From Phycisphaerae bacterium (lineage in GTDB: Bacteria > Planctomycetota > Phycisphaerae > UBA1845 > Fen-1342), in contig JASFQK010000008.1 in assembly GCA_050115495.1 (NCBI GenBank), positions 99,686 to 163,685 on the forward strand: a stretch of 64,000 nucleotides of DNA, written 5' to 3'. Position numbers and translations under genes: made by a program. The notes beneath the pieces were generated by a model, which did no database searches, was not told where the DNA came from, and saw nothing but the letters and a program-made list of their open reading frames with translations. Each line of letters opens with the position of its first letter. Within the stretch, counting starts at the first letter, position 1. This document shows positions 29,901-38,437 of the stretch, one piece after another.

Positions 29901-31099
29901 CGGACGGCAGCTACAACGTGGTGGAGTCCGAGCGCTATCTGCCGGGTGCTGGCGTTCACGCCCAGCAAACGCTCGACGGCGAGAACGACCCGATCCGCTA
30001 CCTGCATGGCGACCTGATCGACTCAACGGTGCTGACGACGGATGAGTCCGCCGACGCGGCGGGCTCGCTGGCGTACACGGCGTTCGGTGAGCCGGTGGGC
30101 AGCGCAGCAGCGTTGGGCACACGTTACCAATACGCTGGCGGTTACGGCTACGAATCGGGCCTGCTGGCGCTGCCGGGCGCCCCGGGCACGCAACCGATCA
30201 CACTCCTGCATGTCGGCTGGCGGTGGTACGACGCCGGAAGCGGGCGGTTCGTGATGCGAGACCCGATCGGCCTTCTCGGCGGTGCGAACGTGTACCTATA
30301 TGCTGACGCGGCGCCCACAGCCTCTATCGACCCCGATGGGCTAGAGTGGAAGAAGGTCTTCAGAAAGGGCAAGTGGGTATGGGTCTTCATGAAGAACGGG
30401 CGATTCGCCAAGCCGCCCCTCATCGGCAGGATTGCAAAAGGCGCCTTGAAGAGGTTTCCTGTATATTGGGGCGGGAAGCAGGGAGCCAAGGGCATATACT
30501 GGCTAATCGGTGAGCAATACCCTGGCGACCCAGAAGACATCCTTGCGGAGACGGCGTATTGGACGTGTGTGCTTGTAGTGCGCAAGGTCGATAACGTGAT
30601 CTCCAGCCCGGCGTGCAAGGGCTTGTTGAAGAAGATAGGCGACCGGTTGGGTCGTTTGGGCGGGCCGGCTCCCTGCAGGATAAGTTGCTTCGTGGAGGGT
30701 ACGGTTGTTCATACACCAGATGGACCCGTGCGGATAGAACAACTGGACGTGGGGTATTGCGTCCTGTCAGGAGCCGAGGGCGCGGCAGAGGAGACGGTGG
30801 AGGTGACGCACGCCCTCACCGGCAGCGCTCGGCGACTCATCAGAATTGACTTTGGCGATGACATCGTTACGTGTACGGCGGAGCACCCATTTCTTCTGGC
30901 GAGTGGCTCGTGGAAGCGCGCTTGCGAGCTGACGCAGGGTGATTCCCTGGCGACCGGTCTTGGCGTGCCGGTGAGCATTGAGCGGATCGAAGAGGTGCGG
31001 TTGGAGAGCGATGTTCGGGTCTTTAACCTCTCGGTGAGCGGAACTAGGACCTTTCAGGTCGGGAAGCACCGCGTAATCGTCCACAACAAGAGCATGTAG
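26897..31099 (+). CDS. Rhs/YD-repeat protein (Rhs2) with cationic tip and C-terminal HINT domain
   Basis: FSAVNLRNGNV N-terminal motif shared with Rhs1; YD repeats; YLHGDLIDST..GWRWYDAGSGRFVMRDP; PTASIDPDGL; HINT from CFVEGTVVHTPDG via TAEHPF and VFNLSV to VHN-KSM. Confidence 0.92.
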   Translation: MKRYGRTRAASVVVSTLSGMQRAYASVLAAGSTPVKRNIPAPGWGAGMSVSPFSAVNLRNGNVLTAIPLVSWDPAGPPVGFTLYHNSLAAPYDTDSAAWGFDLGDGWSVSYGGHVEGSNGDTCVTVVHADGRRDVYTWVDGEYVPPAGVHDLLTWDGGASEWTLTSPDQTQAVFNDDGFLVEVLDSSGNACTVERDGGYLTYVNSAAHGLSGAGDNRLELRYYDNRLYQIEDPIDRIWEFEYDGSGRLWKIHYPSDGYVAASCVEILYEAGASNRIQHIRSREYSVAASPSPYAWTWSYTYTDGCLTLVEDPDHDIGEVDPVRYEQEFAYEATPGGDDLWETTYTDRRGYDWLVRFDTAGDAVEYEDPLESVTVLAYDADHNMVEYTDPTDPADPLSHTWRATYGPVGNVETVTSPIAGQTWTYTWEQPEPSTRPNLYRLTQVSDPVSGWVSYEYACDDPDDPTLVTSVTEMADGQGNPAAVTTIQYYGNDPQGDPYPNAAGQVAVVIDANEVHHVFEYDDYGYAADWSEGLLDDARIWPPVLINPAFVCGAGSNATGWPTTRVVLDNGCEGNAFHDANGSLRVCLWTCPTRSGENEMSRILGVRPGGQPSMDVPVNCSIGTAEYDIVGRLENVDTSFCGTGAGCLPEPHSIDPAYDDLGRQLSVAVSTYLPDDSTLERVFEVLEYDADGNPLSVEGPDGQTIVYTFGVQPGYDELGRPSTVTRGGMSATYIYDDAGRLERIEYGNDTKVVRHYDAADRLDWIEHRDDLDAVLLRVDYVWNLDNTLYSRTETDNVASETAVVTFTYDNRKRLIAEERVVNSTTTVYDLTYSYDQLGNRLEKVDYAPDPDQRTTYFYDSDPANRDPAYPTNNNRLLWYVEAEADGLGGWTTLRTVQYTYYEMSGHTANITVKDEGNAYYRNLALYYTSAGQLWRVLWDQWQIEDDEVTGYQKLAGREFYYDGPSRYLMRELDVSANDPNNWAPTGDWLWTDQTGMLPWGDFTTDGSYNVVESERYLPGAGVHAQQTLDGENDPIRYLHGDLIDSTVLTTDESADAAGSLAYTAFGEPVGSAAALGTRYQYAGGYGYESGLLALPGAPGTQPITLLHVGWRWYDAGSGRFVMRDPIGLLGGANVYLYADAAPTASIDPDGLEWKKVFRKGKWVWVFMKNGRFAKPPLIGRIAKGALKRFPVYWGGKQGAKGIYWLIGEQYPGDPEDILAETAYWTCVLVVRKVDNVISSPACKGLLKKIGDRLGRLGGPAPCRISCFVEGTVVHTPDGPVRIEQLDVGYCVLSGAEGAAEETVEVTHALTGSARRLIRIDFGDDIVTCTAEHPFLLASGSWKRACELTQGDSLATGLGVPVSIERIEEVRLESDVRVFNLSVSGTRTFQVGKHRVIVHNKSM

Positions 31100-31163
31100 A
31101 GGTCATGGGCTTCATCTTCCAGCCAGGCCAGGAGCTGGGTGGAGAGCGCCGACAGGGTATGAC

Positions 31164-31532
31164 ATGAGCATGCGTTGCCCTATGTGTGGCTCGGACAAAG
31201 TGGGTAGGGCGTCCAAAGTGACTTACAGGGAGCGATTGCTGATGTTCCGGGCGGCACGCCGGTGCGAGCATTGTGGTTGCGTCTTTGAGCCGCCGACGAG
31301 GATCGTGCTTGTTCTGGGAGTCAGCATTGCGATTGCCCTGGCGGTGGTGCTGGCCGGCTACGAGGCCGTGCGCGATATAGTCGGCGGTTCGTTGACGCTC
31401 TCGACGCTGGTCGCCGTGGGCGCCGCAGGCGGCGGTGTAGCCTGGCTGGGTGCCGCAGGTCACTACTGGAGGAGGGGCAGGTCAACCCGTTCTCGGTCGC
31501 CTGAAGCGGGAGTGGACAACAAACGCGAATGA
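31164..31532 (+). CDS. Zinc-ribbon + 2-TM protein, putative immunity for Rhs2
   Basis: CPMCGS...CEHCG followed by two hydrophobic helices; directly downstream of Rhs2. Confidence 0.65.
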   Translation: MSMRCPMCGSDKVGRASKVTYRERLLMFRAARRCEHCGCVFEPPTRIVLVLGVSIAIALAVVLAGYEAVRDIVGGSLTLSTLVAVGAAGGGVAWLGAAGHYWRRGRSTRSRSPEAGVDNKRE

Positions 31533-31647
31533 AACGTCCTCCAAGCACGAGCAGCAAGCGTGCGCACACGACGTCGTGAAACAGGCGTGTGGCGTGTGTG
31601 CCTCGTGCGGAGCCGGCTTCTCGCGGGACCGACCCGGGAATTGGGTC

Positions 31648-32898
31648 AGCAAGATCGACTATGTCGCCGATCGCCGGACGTGCTACGTGTACGATACGAA
31701 CTGGAACGCGACCACGGAGACGTGGGACGCGGGCCTGTGCTTCACGCCGGCGGACCCGGAGTATGACACGCGGAACAACCGCCTGCTCGAATACCGCGAG
31801 TACCCCGGCGACGGGGAAGGCGGCTGGCTGGCGGCGGATCGATCGGTGCGGTACACGTACTACAAGATCGGCCACGTGTCGAACATCACGGTAAAGGACT
31901 ACGGCGAGGGCGCCGCATACGACTGGTACAATGACTTGGCGCTGTACTACACGTCGGACGGCAAACTCTGGCGGGTATTATGGGACCGCTGGAAGGTCGT
32001 GGACGAGTCCGTGACCAACTACGAGAAGCTGGCGGCTCGCGAGTTCTACTACGACGGCCCGTCGCGGTATCTCACCCGCGAGGTCGATCCGGACACGTGG
32101 GCGCCGGTCGCCGCCGGTCAGCTCTGGACGGATCAGACGGGATTGTTGCCGTGGGGTGACTTCACGACGGACGGCAGCTACAACGTGGTGGAATCTGAGC
32201 GGTATCTGGCGGGTGCTGGTGTCCATGCACAGCAGACACTCGGCGGGCTGGACCCGATCCGTTACCTGCACGGCGATCTGATCGACTCGACGATGCTGAC
32301 GACGGACGGAGACGGGACGTACGCGACTCGTCTGTCGTACACCGCGTTCGGCGAGCCGATCGGCGACCCGGCGGCACTGGGCACGCGGTACCAATACGCC
32401 GGCGGCTACGGCTACGAATCGGGTCTGTTGACGCTGCCCGGCGCCACCGGGACGAAGCCGATCACGCTCCAGCACGTCGGCTGGCGGTGGTATGATCCTG
32501 GCAGTGGCCGGTTCGTGCAGCGCGATCCCGCGGGAATCACCGCGGGGTTGAACGTCTACGCTTACTGCGGAAGCGATCCGGCAACGGGCGTGGATCCGCT
32601 GGGGTTGCACGACGGCGGGCCCTCACACTGGGGCCGGACGCCGGAAGGGGAGCTGGCCCCCCGTCCGTATTGGCCCAAGCCTCAACCGAGCCGCTTGACA
32701 CCGGAGAGGCCGATTTGGAGACCGGGGAATGCGCAATCGGTGCCGGAAGGCGAAGCTGAAGTCGCAGCCGTGAGCATGGCGGTGGGGGGGCTGAGTTGGT
32801 TGGGGGGACCAATCACCGGGGTGCCAACGTGCATCATCGTCGGAGTGTGGAACGTGGTGCACCATGCCCTGAATGTCCAGGGTGGCCTGTATGACTGA
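31648..32898 (+). pseudogene. Orphan Rhs tip cassette 2 (Rhs2-type core fragment + new tip)
   Basis: From KIDY.. onward it aligns with the Rhs2 C-terminal third (NNRLL, LALYYTS, WTDQTG..PWGDFTTDGSYNVVESERYL); PATGVDPLGL, then a Pro-rich and hydrophobic tip. No convincing start. Confidence 0.85.
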
Positions 32899-32925
32899 CG
32901 TGAGAGCCGCACGGGTGATTCGCGA

Positions 32926-33471
32926 TTGCGACAGGCCCGCGAGATCCGGAACAGGGTCTTCTTGTCCGTGGCCGGTCAAGAGGCCCCGGCTCTCGGTAGG
33001 AGGCTCATATCCCGAGCCGAGGTGTGGACTTTAGACTTGGGTAATCCTCTCTACGACCCACTCATTCTCATCGGCGTACACGGGAGCCAGCAGATTCCGG
33101 CTCCCGTGCGCCGTGAGCTGTGCGCCGTCAGACTTATCACGGCTGTTTTGTTGTTTGGTGCGATCTTCGGGTCGGTGGGCGCGTTCGTCGTCAGCAGACT
33201 CACCAGCGTCTGGGTTATCAGCCCGTGGATCGTCTGGCTGTGGATGATTGTATTCCCCGCTTGGCTGTTCACTGTCCCGCCTTTCGTCGCACGCAAGTTC
33301 GCGAAGCGTTTGCGTGAGGCGCGGTACCGCGTCTGCATGACGTGTGGCCACTGCTTGCTCGGGCTCCCACAGCAGCACGTGTGTCCGGAGCGCGGGAGCG
33401 CGTACGAATACGAACGGTTGACACACGACTGGAGGGCTTGGCTCAAGACAGTGAACCTCGATCAGGAATGA
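32926..33471 (+). CDS. 2-TM + C-terminal zinc-ribbon protein, putative immunity
   Basis: Follows orphan tip 2; TM pair, then CMTCGHCLLGL....CPERG. Start uncertain. Confidence 0.65.
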   Translation: MRQAREIRNRVFLSVAGQEAPALGRRLISRAEVWTLDLGNPLYDPLILIGVHGSQQIPAPVRRELCAVRLITAVLLFGAIFGSVGAFVVSRLTSVWVISPWIVWLWMIVFPAWLFTVPPFVARKFAKRLREARYRVCMTCGHCLLGLPQQHVCPERGSAYEYERLTHDWRAWLKTVNLDQE

Positions 33472-33490
33472 CGCGCCGTCTGGTGACCTA

Positions 33491-33566
33491 GAGGAATACT
33501 TCGACAACGGCTTGCATCGCTATCTGGCTCGCGACGTTGATCCGGACACGTGGGCGCCGGTCGCCA
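33491..33566 (+). repeat. Rhs core relic A
   Basis: Translates EEYFDNGLHRYLARDVDPDTWAPVA; 33539..33565 is identical over 27 bp to 32086..32112. Confidence 0.85.
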
Positions 33567-33628
33567 GCGTCCTGTATCCCCGCTTGGCGCCGATCGGGAA
33601 GGCGTAGGCAGGACGAATCGCGCCTCCG

Positions 33629-34114
33629 TCAGGCGGGATAGCCGCGCCGGCCGCGCCGGTGGGCGGTGGGTTCGTCCACGTGGTCGAGCCAGCCGCAGCG
33701 GACGTTCGTCCGCGTGTCGAACCGGCCGACGTACGGCTTGATGTCCAGCAGCGGCGTGCCGTCGAGGATGTCCACGTCCTCCAGGTGCAACGTGCAGCCT
33801 TCCCGGCGGACGAGGCGGACGACGCTCAGGCCGAGCGCGTTCGGCCGGCAGGGGGCCCGCGTCGCGAACACGCCGTGCGGGACGTCTTCGAGGAACGGCG
33901 TGACCGTCAGCCGGGCGGGGCCGACGCGGTCGAACCAGTAGATGAGCCAGATGTGCGAGAAGCCGTCGACGTCGGCGAGCCCCGCCTCGTACGCCGGCTC
34001 GATCTCGGCGGTGCCGGGGATCCCCGCCGCGAAGGTGGGTTGAATGGGCGTCCGTTCAGCGGCCGTGTGCGGCGTGTGGATGACGCCGATCGGTTGCAGG
34101 TTGATGTCACTCAT
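33629..34114 (-). CDS. tsaA: TrmO/TsaA (YaeB) family SAM-binding protein
   Basis: LQPIGVIHTP, GFSHIWLIYWF, GVFATRAPCRPNALGLS, DILDGTPLLDIKPY. Confidence 0.92.
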   Translation of the reverse strand: MSDINLQPIGVIHTPHTAAERTPIQPTFAAGIPGTAEIEPAYEAGLADVDGFSHIWLIYWFDRVGPARLTVTPFLEDVPHGVFATRAPCRPNALGLSVVRLVRREGCTLHLEDVDILDGTPLLDIKPYVGRFDTRTNVRCGWLDHVDEPTAHRRGRRGYPA

Positions 34115-34761
34115 GCGTTCGTTGCTCCGGCGGGCGCCTGTCGGTGCGCCTCCACCGTTACGTACAGCAGCCCGCCGCGGACGTCAAACCGCTCGAACGC
34201 GGACCGCCCGAGCAACGCCGCCACCTCGTCACGTGTGAACCCCGAGCGGAGGATGCCCTCGATCAGGGCCAGCAGCCGCGACCGCCGGACGACGCGCACG
34301 AGCGCTACGCCGCCAGGACGCAACACCCGGGCGCACTCGTCGAGCATCCGCACCGGATCGTCGACCATGTGCAGCGTGTCCTGGCTGAAGATGGCGTCGA
34401 ACGAGGCGTCGCCGAACGGCAGGGCCAGCGCGCTCGCCTCCTGAAACTGCACGCGGCTCTCCACCCCGCACTCGGCGGCCTTCCGGCGGGAGATGTCGAG
34501 CAGTGTCGGGCACAGATCGACGCCGACCAGTTCGGCGGCAGGCAGCCGATCCGCCAGTGCCAGCAGCGTATCGCCCGATCCGGAACCCACGTCCAGCACA
34601 CGGGTAGGCGCACAACCTGCGCGGTTCAGAAACTCGGCAAACTGCTCCCCCGCCCGCCGCGCCGCCGCCGCGTGCCGGCGGGCGTAGTCCGCGGACAACT
34701 CCGCGTCCTGGAAGATCCTGCCGAAACGCGTCTCGTTGATCGGCACACGTTGCACGGGCAT
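34111..34761 (-). CDS. Class I SAM-dependent methyltransferase
   Basis: VLDVGSGSG, VGVDL, LPFGDASFD, RVLRPGG; GGGAGG RBS; ATGA overlap with trmO. Confidence 0.9.
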   Translation of the reverse strand: MPVQRVPINETRFGRIFQDAELSADYARRHAAAARRAGEQFAEFLNRAGCAPTRVLDVGSGSGDTLLALADRLPAAELVGVDLCPTLLDISRRKAAECGVESRVQFQEASALALPFGDASFDAIFSQDTLHMVDDPVRMLDECARVLRPGGVALVRVVRRSRLLALIEGILRSGFTRDEVAALLGRSAFERFDVRGGLLYVTVEAHRQAPAGATNA

Positions 34762-34843
34762 CCTCCCCGCCGCATCAACTCGGACGCGCGGCGCGAGCGC
34801 AGAACCGCCGCCAGCGCACGATTCACACGCTCCAGCGCAGACT

Positions 34844-35911
34844 CTACGGCATTTCGCCCGTGAACGCTTGCTGCAACAGCGCGAAATCCGCCAGGTCCAC
34901 GTCGCCGTCGCCGGTGGTATCGGCACAGTCGCAGCCGGACGCCGGATCTTGCTCCGGACCGGCCAAACAGGCGGCCATCGCGGCGAAGTCGTCGATATCC
35001 ACGTCCGCGTCACCGTCGCAGTCGCCGGCCAGTTCATGCGGATACACGAAATGCGTGAACGGCACCGCCGGGAAGTCGGTCACCGCGTCGCGCGTGTGCT
35101 CGGTGAGGGCGATCTCCAGCCACGTCTCGTTGGGCAGCGTGCCGGCGACCTGGCTGAGCGTCAGCGTCAACCCGTTCGGCGAGACCGTGTACGTGAAGTA
35201 GTCGGTGTAGTAATCGGCGCTGTGCGTCGCTTCATCGGTGATCGTCACTGGTGGGCCGTCCACCACGGCGATCGGCCGGTGAAACGTGAAGCTGATGACC
35301 GCGTCCGTCCGGCTCGGCAGCACGCCGCGGTAGGGCGGGTCGGTCGCTTCGACCGTGGGCGTCGGTACGTTGAACACCAGCGAGAACGGCGGCGTGGCGT
35401 CATACAGCCCGAAGTCGTCCACCAGCCGGTACGTGATGTAGAACGGATAGTCCGGCGCCGGGCTGCCCGGCACGTACGCGCAGTACTTCATGTGCACGTG
35501 GTGCTCGGGCCAGTTGCTCAGGTTGTACTGCTGCCCAATCGCGTCGAGCCACGTGCCGTCGTTCATCTGCACCCGAAGATTGGGCGAAAGATCGAGGATC
35601 TCGAACCAGATCTGGTAGTCGACGTTGGGCTCGCCGACAAGCTGAATCTCCGGTGGAAAGCCGTACGCGGGGTCCGTCGTATCCGCGAAGCCCGGCTCGC
35701 CCACCGACCAGCGCTGATAGATGTTGCTCCACGCCAGCGGGTAGAAGCCCTCGATTGGGTCCCCGTGCCGATAGACACGCGACTTCTCAATCTGAAGCTG
35801 CCCATCCTGCTGATACAGGAAGAAGTGGTCCAGCGGGCATTCCGCCTGCGCCGGCGGCGACAGCCACAGCGCGACGGCCAACGCCACCACGCTCGTTACT
35901 CTCAAGATCAT
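34844..35911 (-). CDS. Secreted protein: CPLxH/HxHM domain + Ig-like domain + C-terminal dockerin-like domain
   Basis: Signal peptide ending AQA-ECPLDH; WPEHHVHM; Ig-like PTVEATDP..ISFTFHRPI; GDCDGDADVDIDDF..ADTTGDGDVDLADFALLQ. Confidence 0.75.
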   Translation of the reverse strand: MILRVTSVVALAVALWLSPPAQAECPLDHFFLYQQDGQLQIEKSRVYRHGDPIEGFYPLAWSNIYQRWSVGEPGFADTTDPAYGFPPEIQLVGEPNVDYQIWFEILDLSPNLRVQMNDGTWLDAIGQQYNLSNWPEHHVHMKYCAYVPGSPAPDYPFYITYRLVDDFGLYDATPPFSLVFNVPTPTVEATDPPYRGVLPSRTDAVISFTFHRPIAVVDGPPVTITDEATHSADYYTDYFTYTVSPNGLTLTLSQVAGTLPNETWLEIALTEHTRDAVTDFPAVPFTHFVYPHELAGDCDGDADVDIDDFAAMAACLAGPEQDPASGCDCADTTGDGDVDLADFALLQQAFTGEMP

Positions 35912-35950
35912 GTGTATGCTCCTCGCGCGCGAGCGCGTTGCGTGCTCAGG

Positions 35951-36775
35951 TTACGGGGTCGGCGGTAGCAGCTCCGGCGGCCAGCCGGGAGCGTGCTCCG
36001 GCCACCACATGTTCACCAGCGGGAAGTTCCACGTCTCCTGCCAGCGATGCGTCTTCGCGTGGCTGTCGATGAACAGGTAGTTCGACTTGCCCACGTGGCG
36101 GTCCCAGGCGACCGATTGCTTGGGGTCCTCCTGCGCTTCCCACAGGTCCGCGTGGAAGTGGTCCGCGTAATCGTACGAGTCGCCGGCGCGGATCTCCGCC
36201 AGGAAGATCACCGACGCCGGGTTCTGAATCTGGTTTATGCGCTCCAGCGCCAGGATGCTCTTCAGCGGCCCGACGCAGGCGTTCACCGCGTAGCTGGACC
36301 AGCGGTACTGCTGCCACTGATCGCGCGGCGGCGGATCGGACCAGTTCAGAAACGGCTTGGTCGTCTCGTCGTTTCGGCAACGCCCGATCAGCGGCTGCTG
36401 CGAGTACTCCTGGAGCACGTTCAACCAGTAGTATTTCTCCGGATGCTCGATGTCCGGCTCAGCCAGCGGGCACGAGGACGTCGGTACGTGCTCGCCGTTT
36501 TCGAGCGCATACGACAGCAGCGCAAATCCCATTTGCCGCATGTTGCTCAGGCAGACGGCCTGTTTGCCCTGCTGTCGGGCGTTGCCCAGGGCGGGCAACA
36601 GAATCGAGATCAGCAGGGCGATGATGGCCACGACGACCAGCAGCTCGACCAGCGTGAAACCGCGCCGGGCGGCGCGGGAGCCGGACTGGCTCCCGCACCG
36701 CACGGCCGTGACGGGCTTCTTTCTCCGCCGGGAGCGAATGTCGGCAGAGTTGCGTGACACCGTCAGATACCTCAT
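35951..36775 (-). CDS. Prepilin-type N-terminal methylation / H-X9-DG-type (DUF1559-like) protein
   Basis: RRGFTLVELLVVVAIIALLISILLPAL..AR....C.SN.RQ; C-terminal RHVGKSNYLFIDSH. Confidence 0.9.
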   Translation of the reverse strand: MRYLTVSRNSADIRSRRRKKPVTAVRCGSQSGSRAARRGFTLVELLVVVAIIALLISILLPALGNARQQGKQAVCLSNMRQMGFALLSYALENGEHVPTSSCPLAEPDIEHPEKYYWLNVLQEYSQQPLIGRCRNDETTKPFLNWSDPPPRDQWQQYRWSSYAVNACVGPLKSILALERINQIQNPASVIFLAEIRAGDSYDYADHFHADLWEAQEDPKQSVAWDRHVGKSNYLFIDSHAKTHRWQETWNFPLVNMWWPEHAPGWPPELLPPTP

Positions 36776-36796
36776 CTCAGAAGTCTGCGATACCGA

Positions 36797-37639
36797 TTAA
36801 CGTCGCCGCGAGCCCACGAGCAACCCCGCCACCAGCACGAGACCCAGCGTACCGGGCTCGGGGACGGCGAAGCGGAACGTGAACGGGTCGGACGCCGTGT
36901 ACATGCCGCCGTCATCGAACGCCGTCAGCGTCGCGGAGAACACGTCCTCCGGCTGCGGATTATCCAGCCAGAAGAAGAACCCCATGTGGGAGTGAATGCC
37001 CCACGCGCCGTTGTCGGCGTCCCACGCCTTCTCACCATAGTCGGCGAACATGTACGTGTCGCCGTCGGCCGCCAGCACCACCGTGTCGTCCGGCCGGATC
37101 ATCAGGAAGTCCGTCGGATCGGCCAGCGAGGTGCTTTCCCGGCGAAGGCCGATGTCCCAGGCGGGCTCGTTCGACTCGTCGCCGCCGGCGAGGTTCCACA
37201 CGCCCTGCGGACCGTTGGCGCTGTGCCAGCCGTCGAGATGCTGCATGCCGTTCGGATCGCCGTAGCCGTCGGGGCCGTACATGAAGCGGCAGACGTAGAG
37301 CGTCTTGTTCGGCTCGTCAGGCTTGGTGATGGGGTCGCCGCCGGCGTCAGTCTCCTGAACGAGGCGCAAGAACGGCGCCTCATCCGGATCGCCCCACTCG
37401 GGCCAGCCGGGCGTCGGGGCGACGGGGTGAATCGGTGGGATGGAGAAGAGCCAGAGTTGGTTGTTGTCGTCTGGGTCGGGGTCGGTCGCCAGATCCGGGT
37501 TGCCGGGCTCGCTCCAGTCGGGTCGCCACGTCGGGTTGATGCCGATGTGCGTATGGCCCAGGGGGCAATCGGCCGATGCCGGCATCGACAACATCAGAGC
37601 AGACAGAATCAATGCAGCAGAAACTGCCGTTGTTTTCAT
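36797..37639 (-). CDS. PEP-CTERM protein with CPLxH/HxHM motifs
   Basis: Signal peptide ending ASA-DCPLGHTH; WGIHSHMGF; VPEPGTLGLVLVAGLLVGSRRR; AAGGA RBS. Confidence 0.88.
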   Translation of the reverse strand: MKTTAVSAALILSALMLSMPASADCPLGHTHIGINPTWRPDWSEPGNPDLATDPDPDDNNQLWLFSIPPIHPVAPTPGWPEWGDPDEAPFLRLVQETDAGGDPITKPDEPNKTLYVCRFMYGPDGYGDPNGMQHLDGWHSANGPQGVWNLAGGDESNEPAWDIGLRRESTSLADPTDFLMIRPDDTVVLAADGDTYMFADYGEKAWDADNGAWGIHSHMGFFFWLDNPQPEDVFSATLTAFDDGGMYTASDPFTFRFAVPEPGTLGLVLVAGLLVGSRRR

Positions 37640-37776
37640 GATTTGTATCCTTCTGCAAGGCAATAAGTATACGGACACCGCTGCCGGCGCACGCCTCATG
37701 GCGCGCAGCGCAACAGTTGCGGTCCGCGTCATGCGTTGAAACTACAAGACCAGTTCGGTCGTGGATCGTGTTTGGA

Positions 37777-38145
37777 CTAGCACGCGGCGAGAAGCGGTGG
37801 GCCGCGCGGCAGGACCGGCGTGGGCCGGCTCGTACGCGGGCACTCGACAGATGGGATCGTGGAACCATGCAGGCACGGAGCAAACCCGACAACCGCGATC
37901 GTCGGTATCTCCGGCACGTACTTGGACGTGGTCAGGATCTGCTGGCAGAGGGAGCAGCTATCGGTGTGGTGGTGCGACCCGGCGTGGGCCAGGTGCAGGG
38001 CGTGCAGGGTGCCGGTCGCCGGCCCGAACAGCAGAACGGGGATCGCCAGCCGGAGGCCGAGACCGCCGGAGCGCACCGAAAGCCGCCGGGCCACGCCGCA
38101 GGAAGCGGCCGGCTGGACCTCGCGGGGGTCGGTGGTGTGACTCAC
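37777..38145 (-). CDS. DUF2946-like leader protein (His-rich, CxxC, C-terminal RGPP)
   Basis: Hydrophobic segment, LHALHLAHAGSHHHTDSCSLCQ, Pro-rich linker, PRGPP 5 residues before the stop. Confidence 0.75.
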   Translation of the reverse strand: MSHTTDPREVQPAASCGVARRLSVRSGGLGLRLAIPVLLFGPATGTLHALHLAHAGSHHHTDSCSLCQQILTTSKYVPEIPTIAVVGFAPCLHGSTIPSVECPRTSRPTPVLPRGPPLLAAC

Positions 38146-38195
38146 GGTGCTTCGCCCGCCGATACGACCAGAGGATTACCCAGTGTTACGCTAGC

Positions 38196-38223
38196 ATTTT
38201 AGCACACGTGCCGGCGAAAGCAA
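38196..38223 (-). promoter_or_regulatory. Probable sigma70 promoter of the leader operon
   Basis: Minus strand TTGCTT-N16-TAAAAT with extended -10 TG, about 50 nt upstream of the leader ORF. Confidence 0.5.
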
Positions 38224-38437
38224 GTTTTGGCTCACGTGGCGGGCTTCGCCGACGGGAGTACGGATGGCGACGCCGGCCGTCGCGTTCCGCCCGCGTCAGC
38301 GGTTTCGGCGAAGACTCCTGGTGGGCGAAAGGGGGGACGCGCCGTCGGCGCGCGGTATGATGTCCGTATCGTCCGGGCTCTGTACCGGACGAGCCCGCGC
38401 CGGCTGGCCAGCGCGGGGGCAGGTGGAGGGTCCCATC

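Noticed and set aside
18833..31099. Type VI secretion effector locus
   Set aside because: No PAAR, VgrG, Hcp or EagR-like sequence was recognised.
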